47,242 nt of DNA from a virus: positions 1 through 47,242 of the IMG/VR virus record IMGVR_UViG_3300010376_000014. One strand, 5' to 3'. Position 1 is the first letter of the stretch, and each line of letters opens with the position of its first letter. Under the pieces are notes generated by a model. It saw nothing but the letters and a program-made list of their open reading frames with translations. It did not search any database and was not told the DNA's origin. Below, piece by piece: positions 16,959 to 24,152 of the stretch. Made by a program: the position numbers and the translations under genes.

Positions 16959-17197
16959 CAACTCACTCGCCTCACTGCCAAGCCACAGTTGACCGTGCAT
17001 CGCTCATCCGCGAGCTATATGTAGCCGTAGGCATGGGCGAACGATCCATGCCGGTCATCCTTGGGACACAGGAAGAGCTTGAGCGTGTGTGGTCAATCCT
17101 CGAAGGGATCTACCACGAGTACCACGACGACGGCGACCAAATGTCAGATGCCTGCACCTGTGGTTACTTCGAAGCACAAAAAAGTGCCACCACATAG
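16955..17197 (+). CDS. Early hypothetical protein (80 aa)
   Basis: ATGA overlap with the upstream stop. Confidence 0.5.
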   Translation: MTTHSPHCQATVDRASLIRELYVAVGMGERSMPVILGTQEELERVWSILEGIYHEYHDDGDQMSDACTCGYFEAQKSATT

Positions 17198-17226
17198 TTG
17201 AACCGAAGCGCCGCGGATGCGACAAT
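17198..17226 (+). promoter_or_regulatory. Promoter P2: TTGAAC - 17 nt (ending GGATGC) - GACAAT
   Basis: Same architecture and core as P1 and P3. Confidence 0.6.
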
Positions 17227-17281
17227 GACGTTGTGCGATCACAACGCACACAGGAAGCCAAACCAACAAAGGGAAGCAAAA

Positions 17282-17497
17282 ATGAAGGTATCACGGAAGG
17301 GTATGAAGCGGGACGTGAAACAATCCCGCATCGTGCTCAAACCATCCCGCCGTGGCATGAATGTACGTGGCATATGCGGTCACAAGACGACTCGCTACGT
17401 AGACAACTACAAGCTACGCATGAAGGGCATCCAAACAGGTTACCCACCGCCAATCAAATTCCTCCCCGACGAAGATCTCCTGGAGCTGATGTTTTGA
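17282..17497 (+). CDS. Early basic protein (71 aa)
   Basis: ATG preceded by AAAGGGAAGCA. Confidence 0.5.
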   Translation: MKVSRKGMKRDVKQSRIVLKPSRRGMNVRGICGHKTTRYVDNYKLRMKGIQTGYPPPIKFLPDEDLLELMF

Positions 17498-17598
17498 TGA
17501 TAATTGCCGGACTCATAATTCTCCTACTCGCATGCATCGGCTTCGTCACGGTCGTCGATGTGGTGCGAGATGCCGTAAAGGCGCGCAAACACCGATGA
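17497..17598 (+). CDS. Small single-TM peptide (33 aa, MIIAGLIILLLACIGFVTVVDVVRDAVKARKHR)
   Basis: Hand translation. Its ATG shares one base with the upstream TGA (TGATG). Confidence 0.4.
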   Translation: MIIAGLIILLLACIGFVTVVDVVRDAVKARKHR

Positions 17599-17837
17599 CC
17601 TACCACGATTGGGAATGTGGCGACTACGACTCGCGCGATGAGGACATCCTCAGAGACGAGTTCGCTGATCCAGGCGGTCACTCCGCACTGCGCGCCGAAA
17701 CGCCCTCCAACCCACGTAATCTTCCGTGCCCGACCTGTGGCACACCAAACGTCCTGACGCCCGCCGACAAAGCACATGGGTATCAGTGCGACGCATGTGC
17801 GGATCGAGACGAAGGTCAGTATCCGTACGACTACTAA
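17595..17837 (+). CDS. Early Zn-ribbon-like protein (80 aa)
   Basis: CPTCG...CDAC. ATGA overlap. Confidence 0.5.
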   Translation: MTYHDWECGDYDSRDEDILRDEFADPGGHSALRAETPSNPRNLPCPTCGTPNVLTPADKAHGYQCDACADRDEGQYPYDY

Positions 17838-17854
17838 CGAAAGGGAAGCAACTA

Positions 17855-18142
17855 ATGGAAGACAACGAGACGTTCGAGCCACCGCGCCGAAAGGTGCGGA
17901 AGATGACTTACGTGCTGTGGGCGTGGATCATCTTGATCATCGTGTGGATCGCAGTCGGTGCGCACAACGCCCACCACGCAGTCCAACAGGCATGCACAGG
18001 ACAAACGTATCAGCAACTCTGCCAATCGGCGGGAGATACAGGGACTGCGATCGGTGTAGGAGTAATCATCATGATCGGGTTCTTCGGATTCATCGTCCTG
18101 AGCCTAATATGGCTGATGACGAAGCCCCGTGACGCAGCCTAA
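17855..18142 (+). CDS. Early membrane protein with two TM helices (95 aa)
   Basis: ATG preceded by GAAAGGGAAGCA. Hydrophobic stretches YVLWAWIILIIVWIAVGA and IGVGVIIMIGFFGFIVLSLIWL. Confidence 0.55.
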   Translation: MEDNETFEPPRRKVRKMTYVLWAWIILIIVWIAVGAHNAHHAVQQACTGQTYQQLCQSAGDTGTAIGVGVIIMIGFFGFIVLSLIWLMTKPRDAA

Positions 18143-18154
18143 CCAAGGAAAGCA

Positions 18155-18847
18155 ATGAGTCCAATCGACCCAAACCTGTTGAGGAAGATCAAGGCGCTCC
18201 TCAACCTGTCCGACCCCGCGCGTGGTGGGACAGAAGCTGAACGCGACAACGCGCTCCAAAAGGCTCAAGAGCTCATGTTCAAGCATGACCTCGAAGCCTT
18301 CGATCTCATCACCGAGGACGAACTCGACCACGGAGTCACCCACGAGGACATGATGATCAGTGGTAAGACGAAGATGTGGATTGGGCAACTGCTCAACGAT
18401 CTCGCCCTGGCGATGAACTGCCGCGTGGTCCGCACGAAGTATTCAGTCAAGCAGGCGAAGTTCACCATTATCGGAACCCCGGATAACATCCGATTCGTCA
18501 AGGACATACACGCAGCTCTCGTTCCGTGGCTTCAATCACAAAACAAGATCCACCGACTACGCGACTTGCCCTACAACCCTCTTGCCTACAATCGATCCTT
18601 CTACAACGCCGCAGGCGGACGGATATACTTCCGACTGAAGGAACAACAGGACTATCTCGCGTCCCAAAATGCCAAGGGCACCGAACTCGTGCTCGTCCGC
18701 GAGAGCCACAATGAGGACTACATGGCAAAGCTCTTCGGCGCGGTCCGGACGCGACGCGGTCCGAGCTACAAGAACCAGGCAGGTGCCATCGCAGGACACC
18801 AAGCCGGTTCCCAAGCAGACTTGAGTCGGGGAAAGCTCAATCAATAG
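18155..18847 (+). CDS. DUF2786-like domain protein (230 aa)
   Basis: N-terminus LLRKIKALLNLSDPARGGTEAERDNALQKAQELM matches the DUF2786 signature from memory. Confidence 0.6.
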   Translation: MSPIDPNLLRKIKALLNLSDPARGGTEAERDNALQKAQELMFKHDLEAFDLITEDELDHGVTHEDMMISGKTKMWIGQLLNDLALAMNCRVVRTKYSVKQAKFTIIGTPDNIRFVKDIHAALVPWLQSQNKIHRLRDLPYNPLAYNRSFYNAAGGRIYFRLKEQQDYLASQNAKGTELVLVRESHNEDYMAKLFGAVRTRRGPSYKNQAGAIAGHQAGSQADLSRGKLNQ

Positions 18848-18890
18848 GTCAGGCAGACCCGACACGAGAACACCACGAGATGGCATTTTT

Positions 18891-18919
18891 TTCACACACG
18901 GCAGCGCCGATGTGATATA
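18891..18919 (+). promoter_or_regulatory. Promoter P4: TTCACA - 17 nt (ending CGATGT) - GATATA, with a T-rich upstream tract
   Basis: Same spacing and a related core (CCGATGTGATATAG versus CGGATGCGACAATG). Confidence 0.5.
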
Positions 18920-19188
18920 GTCTTGCTATCTCATTCATCCCTCCACTCACGAAGGAGGGCGAGAAGACGAGGAAAATACGGACAACAGCTCCGAGGCATA
19001 TCGAATGGCGAAGGTTGAGAACCTTCACTACCACGTATGTCGCCTCAGCCACAAAGACCAAACCAGAAACCAAAATAGTAATCCATTCCGTCCGTGAACC
19101 GCCAGACCAGGTTACCCTGAACACAGGACACGGCAAACGGAAGTTCACAGCAAGGTCCATTCGGACAAGACTAACAAAGGTGATAATC

Positions 19189-19746
19189 GTGGCATCCACG
19201 AAAGGCAGGAAGAAGGCAGTAACCGAGGACGAGCTCGAGGAGATCGAAGGTCTCGAGGACATCGAGATCGAAGACGACGAAGACCTCGAGATCGAGGACG
19301 AGGACGAAGTCGAGGACGACGAGGAAGAGCCCGAAGACGAGGATGAGGACGAAGAGCCCGAGCCCGCACCCAAAGCGAAGAAGCGTGCGAAGAAGCCTGT
19401 TGCGAAGGTCAAGGCACGCGAAGACGGTACCGTCGGAACCACCGAGGTTGCCGCACACTTCAACGTCGACTCACGGACCCTTCGCATGGTCCTGCGCAAG
19501 CACAGCATCCCGAAGAGCGCTGACTCGGGTCGCTACGAGTGGGACGGTCTCGAGGACAAGACTGTCGTGCGCATCGGAAAGCTCATCGCCAAGGGCGAAG
19601 CGAAGGCAGTCAAGCAGGAGTCGCTCCAGAAGCTGAAGGACAAGAAGGAAGCGGAGCGCGCGGTCGCCGCGAAATCGAAGGCGAAGAAGTCGAAGGTGAA
19701 GAAGGTCAAGGTCGTCGAAGTCGACGAGGACGAGGACGACGAGTGA
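19189..19746 (+). CDS. Acidic/basic low-complexity protein with a central excisionase-type HTH (185 aa)
   Basis: GTG 19189 preceded by AAAGGTGA. D/E tract of about 50 residues. Lys-rich tracts. HTH-like TTEVAAHFNVDSRTLRMVLRKHSIP. Confidence 0.55.
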   Translation: MASTKGRKKAVTEDELEEIEGLEDIEIEDDEDLEIEDEDEVEDDEEEPEDEDEDEEPEPAPKAKKRAKKPVAKVKAREDGTVGTTEVAAHFNVDSRTLRMVLRKHSIPKSADSGRYEWDGLEDKTVVRIGKLIAKGEAKAVKQESLQKLKDKKEAERAVAAKSKAKKSKVKKVKVVEVDEDEDDE

Positions 19747-19904
19747 AGTCCCGCACGAAGCGCCTCGAGAAGCGAGTCAAGTCTCTCGAGAAGACAGTCA
19801 ATCAGCTCTCGAACTACGTAAGTTACCTCGTGAAGTCAGGCGACCTACACCACGTAGACGAGACACCTGAGGAACAGCCACAGGAAGAGACTGCGACTCA
19901 ATAG
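19743..19904 (+). CDS. Small coiled-coil-like protein (53 aa)
   Basis: GTGA overlap with the upstream stop. KRLEKRVKSLEKTVNQL heptad-like pattern. Confidence 0.4.
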   Translation: MKSRTKRLEKRVKSLEKTVNQLSNYVSYLVKSGDLHHVDETPEEQPQEETATQ

Positions 19905-20006
19905 ACTTGCCGGGAACTCGTGAGCCCCGGTGAGCAGTCAGATCCCGCAAAATGGATAGCGCAATATGATGGGGCGCTCTATCTGACTGTTGTGTACACA
20001 GGAAGG

Positions 20007-20058
20007 CAGGACCCCGCTCGGACATGCTTCCCCCGGGCGGGTGTCCTGTCTTTTTGTG
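20007..20058 (+). terminator. Rho-independent terminator
   Basis: 11-bp GC-rich stem with one bulge (CAGGACCCCGC / GCGGGTGTCCTG), followed by TCTTTTTGTGTT. Confidence 0.75.
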
Positions 20059-20177
20059 TTCCTCAATCCAAGCCATCCCTCCTATCCACAGTCGCCAAAA
20101 TCGCCACGATCCCTAACGCGCCCTACGAACCGATCGAGTCGAAACGCATATGTCATCGATCAACGCACGCCCGGTCG

Positions 20178-20206
20178 TTAGGGACGCTTAGGGACACGTC
20201 AGGGAC
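20178..20206 (+). repeat. Three helically phased direct repeats T(T/C)AGGGAC (10-11 bp spacing)
   Basis: TTAGGGAC at 20178 and 20188, TCAGGGAC at 20199. An inverted partial copy TCCCTAA lies at 20110. Confidence 0.8.
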
Positions 20207-20295
20207 GAAGGTTTTTGCGACGTTCGCGACACAATCGCACAACGACTGCATCATCCACAGCCACAGAAGACAGACAGACACAGAACGAGGTCAAA

Positions 20296-20844
20296 GTGCC
20301 AATCGTAGGATCCATCACAATACTCAAACAGACAGTCGAGCTCCACGCCAACTCCGACGGATGGTGGTCCGCAAGACTACCCGTCATAGAGGGCGAAGCA
20401 GTCGGTACATATCTTGCGGCTGGGCGAGATCTCGCGAGGGTAAAGCGAGACGCCCGACGCAAGTTACGAGATCTACGCATCCCAACCACCGTCCCGTTCC
20501 TCACATACGCCCCAGCCACAGGAGATGTATGGCATGCAATCGGGCGGGGAATTCACATGCGCACTGGTGAAGTTCTCGCATGGGTGGACGATCCGAACGG
20601 TGGGGCGAATACTACGTATTCGAGATGGAACACTAGAGTCCTATCCCCCGCAACAAGCCACACAGCCATCAAGCTCTACTACGAGAAACAACGTAAACTC
20701 CAAGACGCCCAACGCAAACTCAAGGAGTGGTGGGACGCTAACACCTTCGACCTCCGACAAGCAGTCGAAGACGCCGTCAAAGCACACACCGACACGCTCG
20801 ATCCGACCGAGATAGACGAGGTAGACACAGAGGAGGAGCAATGA
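20296..20844 (+). CDS. Hypothetical protein (182 aa)
   Basis: GTG 20296 preceded by GAGGT. The ORF-track start at 20215 lies within the repeat/promoter region. Confidence 0.55.
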   Translation: MPIVGSITILKQTVELHANSDGWWSARLPVIEGEAVGTYLAAGRDLARVKRDARRKLRDLRIPTTVPFLTYAPATGDVWHAIGRGIHMRTGEVLAWVDDPNGGANTTYSRWNTRVLSPATSHTAIKLYYEKQRKLQDAQRKLKEWWDANTFDLRQAVEDAVKAHTDTLDPTEIDEVDTEEEQ

Positions 20845-20996
20845 CCTACAACCTGGAGACATCCGATAGTGTCATCGACTTCATCAAGACGGCTGCAGGA
20901 ATGAAGAGCTATCACAAAGACGAGCATCCCGATCCACAACTCCTGATTGCACTCGCACTCGTCGCCATCGCCGAAGAACTTCGGGAAATGAAATGA
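20841..20996 (+). CDS. Small hypothetical protein (51 aa)
   Basis: Hand translation. ATGA overlap. AGGAGGAG Shine-Dalgarno upstream. Confidence 0.4.
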   Translation: MTYNLETSDSVIDFIKTAAGMKSYHKDEHPDPQLLIALALVAIAEELREMK

Positions 20997-21025
20997 TTCC
21001 TCGCGCGTACGCACCCTCGCGCCGT

Positions 21026-21050
21026 GCTGCGCCCCGAAGGGGCTTGCAGC
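21026..21050. terminator. GC-rich hairpin at the convergence of plus and minus transcription (possible bidirectional terminator)
   Basis: GCTGCGCCCC-GAA-GGGGCTTGCAGC. No U-tract on either strand. Confidence 0.4.
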
Positions 21051-21071
21051 GCGCGCGAACGGGATGCGTTT

Positions 21072-21153
21072 CGGTATCTCCACATAGGGGTTGCGGTACA
21101 GTATCGGTACCGGTTGCGGTATGCGCCATGCAGTAGCGGTACCGGTTGCGGTA
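21072..21153. repeat. Iteron-like repeats: six CGGTA(C/T) units at about 11/22-bp phasing, including a 17-mer direct repeat
   Basis: CGGTACCGGTTGCGGTA at 21105 and 21137. GGTTGCGGTA at 21089, 21112 and 21144. Ends 10 bp downstream of the helicase stop codon. Confidence 0.8.
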
Positions 21154-21162
21154 CCTCTCGTG

Positions 21163-22557
21163 TCAATCCCTTTTCTTCAACACTACGATCCACGGTTTGC
21201 GTCCCCCTACACGCGATGCCTGTCCCTCCTTCAGATCCAACATCAGAGACTTTTCTGCCCAACTCATAATCGTCTTTCGGGTCTTCTCGAATAGCTCCGC
21301 AAGCGCAGTCACACTCAATCCCTCATGCCTCGAGACATAGAACTCAAAGTCCGACATTGGTTCAGGCGCCTTTGTCTTCGATTCTTCTGTGACTGTAACT
21401 GCATAGCCTTCGCTACCTCCGACGTACTCTATCTCGAAGTCAGGGAAGGGCTCAAAGTTACGGAACTCACGTTCGACATGAGTAATGTAGGGTTCAGGCT
21501 TGCTAAGGTAAAGACCACACTCTACCCAAGCGTGGAACGCCTGACTACCGAGCATCCGTTGACCGCCGACTTTGGGGTTGTTAGCAGACGGCTTCGCGTA
21601 GTGGTGGATCAGCATGATCGAGCAACCCGTGAGTTCCTTCAACGCCTGCAGATTGAGCAGTATCGGACGCATGGACGAAGCGCTATTCTCATCTCCGGAA
21701 CCAAGCATCATCTGAAGCGGATCGAGAATAACAAGCTTTACTTCTCTGCTCACAATCTCATGTTGCAGGGCTTCCAGATCTGGAACGGAAGTGAGGTCGA
21801 ATTGCTTTCGACTGCGCACATACATCGGTATGGAGCTCGGGAATTTCACGGAGATACCACGTGGAGTTACGTCGATCTCCCCACCAAGTTCTTTACTGCG
21901 CGCGACCCACCGCATCCGTTTGTGTAACTCGGACGCTGACAGTTCCTCCTGGATGTACAACACAGGTAGTGCCTTCGGAACATCGAAGTACCCAAACACC
22001 TTGGTCCCTGTGGCTACAGACAGAGCAATATCGATGGCGAGCCATGACTTACGTACCTTCGGTTCGCCAGCCACAATACCGTGAGCCTGTTCGGACCATA
22101 GTCCCTGTATCATCCAACCGGGATCCTTTACCTCCCGAGCCAGAATCTTGTCGACTGATTCCGACCAGATCTCACGACGGGTTGCTCGACCATTGGTTGA
22201 TCGTCCGTCACCTGTGTCCACGGCGTGTAACCCCCAGGCCTTGAGGATGTCTCGCCGAAGCCGATTGATATCTCCACCGAACTTGTTCCAGCTTGAACAT
22301 TGCACAAGAGACTGTACCTCGAGCGGAGCCAAGCCGGATTGGAATAGAGCGAAATACAGGCGCCACATCGCCTTCGATCGGTCACCCTGGGGTTCACGAG
22401 AAAAGAGCCGCTCAAGTACGTACCGAGGAATGCGATCTCGATGGATCTCCAGAACTTGCTCAGCTTTCGGTATCTCACCTCCATCGTCTGTGACCTCGCC
22501 TCCAAGCTCACGCAGTTTTGGTAATTGCTTCAACAACTTCTTAGGATCTACGTCCAT
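21163..22557 (-). CDS. RepA/DnaB-like (AAA_25-type) replicative helicase (464 aa)
   Basis: Walker B-like KLVILDPLQMM. IMLIHHYAKPS motif. Degenerate Walker A GEPKVRKS. Start taken at MDVDPKK (ATG 22557). Confidence 0.7.
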   Translation of the reverse strand: MDVDPKKLLKQLPKLRELGGEVTDDGGEIPKAEQVLEIHRDRIPRYVLERLFSREPQGDRSKAMWRLYFALFQSGLAPLEVQSLVQCSSWNKFGGDINRLRRDILKAWGLHAVDTGDGRSTNGRATRREIWSESVDKILAREVKDPGWMIQGLWSEQAHGIVAGEPKVRKSWLAIDIALSVATGTKVFGYFDVPKALPVLYIQEELSASELHKRMRWVARSKELGGEIDVTPRGISVKFPSSIPMYVRSRKQFDLTSVPDLEALQHEIVSREVKLVILDPLQMMLGSGDENSASSMRPILLNLQALKELTGCSIMLIHHYAKPSANNPKVGGQRMLGSQAFHAWVECGLYLSKPEPYITHVEREFRNFEPFPDFEIEYVGGSEGYAVTVTEESKTKAPEPMSDFEFYVSRHEGLSVTALAELFEKTRKTIMSWAEKSLMLDLKEGQASRVGGRKPWIVVLKKRD

Positions 22558-23039
22558 AAAAGTTTGACCTTGGGTCGTAGCGGATATTTGTGGTTGATAG
22601 TTCCAGGTATGCGCAGCACCTGTGTCCGATCCCATCCTCCTTTGTCTGCACCGATTGCATAGGTCAGTCTTTGATTCAGCTCTGAGTGTTCTTGCGGTTG
22701 GCACTTCTGCGTCATTCGCCACAAACATTGGAAGCGATTGGGCGATGACTCCCACGCTGTTGTCGGACGTGGGTCCACGTATTCAGGATCCACATCGTCG
22801 AGGTCGGCATACAACCAAATCGATGGTAGCATGAGTTCCTTGCGACGTTTCGGACCTGAAAAGACATTCGGACAAAAGTACAGATCACCATCCACATTGG
22901 GTATCTCGACCTCGCCGCCTTTATTCTTCTTCCATGAGAACGCCACGTCATACCACGTGTCTTGCTTCACGGATACAAAGACGAAGCCCGTCGCGTTCTG
23001 CTCATCCCACACCATCTTGACAAAGTCAACCGGTTCCAC
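22548..23039 (-). CDS. Primase-polymerase (Prim-Pol/RepB'-like) domain protein (163 aa)
   Basis: LYADLDD (DxD) and VLRIPGTINHKY motifs. Overlaps the helicase start by 10 nt. Confidence 0.6.
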   Translation of the reverse strand: MEPVDFVKMVWDEQNATGFVFVSVKQDTWYDVAFSWKKNKGGEVEIPNVDGDLYFCPNVFSGPKRRKELMLPSIWLYADLDDVDPEYVDPRPTTAWESSPNRFQCLWRMTQKCQPQEHSELNQRLTYAIGADKGGWDRTQVLRIPGTINHKYPLRPKVKLLWT

Positions 23040-23079
23040 CGTATGTCCTCGTTAGCCAACAGTAAGCCATCACTGATAC

Positions 23080-23108
23080 ATGATACGTGTAGGCACACGA
23101 GAGGGCAA
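23080..23108 (-). promoter_or_regulatory. Minus-strand promoter for the primase/helicase island: TTGCCC - 17 nt - TATCAT
   Basis: Hexamers and spacing read on the reverse complement. Divergent from P3. Confidence 0.5.
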
Positions 23109-23149
23109 TATCGAGTTCGCAACGGGCGCATAAAATGCCAGGGGACTTA

Positions 23150-23178
23150 TTGACGCGAGGATCCACGGATGCGACAAT
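23150..23178 (+). promoter_or_regulatory. Promoter P3: TTGACG - 17 nt (ending GGATGC) - GACAAT
   Basis: Core GGATGCGACAATGAACGTGCGCA is nearly identical to P1. Confidence 0.65.
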
Positions 23179-23214
23179 GAACGTGCGCACGAACGACAAC
23201 GAAATGGGGCCACC

Positions 23215-23400
23215 ATGGACCAAGTGAAGTTGACGAGAATGCAAGTCAAGCATCTCGCAGAGCAAGACGAAGCGCTCATCATCACAGCTACCAACGAGGA
23301 CACAGGTCTGATCTTCGTTGAGCGCGAGAAGTACATAGGTCAGAACAAGGGAAAGTGGATGCTTCCGAACGGAAAGTATCGAAAGGATGCCACTCAATAA
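23215..23400 (+). CDS. Hypothetical protein (61 aa)
   Basis: ORF track. First ORF after P3. Confidence 0.5.
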   Translation: MDQVKLTRMQVKHLAEQDEALIITATNEDTGLIFVEREKYIGQNKGKWMLPNGKYRKDATQ

Positions 23401-23866
23401 CAGATCCATCAACATGCCCGCGCGATGGTCAGTCGTGTGGCGCAAGAATGGGCAGTGGATCGAGAAGGAGGTCGACGACGACTTCGGTGAAGCGCAGCGA
23501 CTGTTCGGGTTACTCATTCGAGCAGGACGTGAACCGCAGATCCGATCGTTGAACGTAGCCTTTCCGCCGCCCAAACGTCTCACAGAGTACAAGAAGTACA
23601 GTGTAGTCAACGGAAAGAAACGATTGCGGATAGTCAATCGTATGGAGTCGCTAAACCGAAAGGGATGGTGGTGGTGTCCCTACTGTGTTCGTCTCCGCAA
23701 GTTCGAGAAAGACGCCGACAGAACGAGGACCATCTTCCTGTGTCCGTTATGCGGCATCTCGAGCAGGGACGGAGCAGTCAAGAGATACAACCCATTTGCC
23801 CTTGTGATTGAGGTCCATAGGAGAACTCGTGTCAACAGAAGGAGACGTATACGCAGACATACCTGA
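23387..23866 (+). CDS. Hypothetical Zn-ribbon protein (159 aa; start uncertain, alternative ATG at 23414)
   Basis: WWWCPYCVR...LCPLCG. Confidence 0.5.
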   Translation: MPLNNRSINMPARWSVVWRKNGQWIEKEVDDDFGEAQRLFGLLIRAGREPQIRSLNVAFPPPKRLTEYKKYSVVNGKKRLRIVNRMESLNRKGWWWCPYCVRLRKFEKDADRTRTIFLCPLCGISSRDGAVKRYNPFALVIEVHRRTRVNRRRRIRRHT

Positions 23867-24152
23867 GGGCATGCGTGAGTGGATACGACACATGGATACT
23901 CACGAACCGCCGACGTATGAGGCAGGTGTGTCTGAAAGGTGGATATGGTTCAAGGAAGGCAAGTGCATGTGCTGCAGTGCTCCACTTGGCACGTACACCA
24001 CAGCTATCGTCAATGCTGGGGGGCTCGCAGGAGTCTTTTGCACAGGCGTCTGTGCGACTGACATAGCGAACATGGGGTTCATTCAGGAGCTGTACGATGA
24101 CATCCAACAAAAGATCAAGTTCCGAGGCGGTAGCGGTGACGCTCCTGAGTGA
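23829..24152 (+). CDS. Hypothetical Cys-rich protein (107 aa)
   Basis: GTG 23829 preceded by AGGAGA. Confidence 0.5.
   Translation: MSTEGDVYADIPEGMREWIRHMDTHEPPTYEAGVSERWIWFKEGKCMCCSAPLGTYTTAIVNAGGLAGVFCTGVCATDIANMGFIQELYDDIQQKIKFRGGSGDAPE

Noticed and set aside
18849-19508. 219-aa minus-strand Ser-rich ORF
   Set aside because: It is antisense to the GAN-rich acidic tract of the 19189 gene (poly-Ser from TCN codons). It is isolated from any minus-strand promoter or operon.
20178-21153. CRISPR-like array
   Set aside because: The repeats are only 8-17 bp long with 2-15 bp gaps, there are three to six units, and no cas genes are present. They fit operator/iteron architecture instead.
22548-22755. 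Programmed -1 frameshift fusing the Prim-Pol and helicase ORFs (the helicase frame is open 198 nt upstream of its ATG)
   Set aside because: There is no canonical X-XXY-YYZ slippery heptamer in the zero frame near the overlap. Open upstream frames are common at this GC content. Separate genes with a 10-nt overlap explain the data.
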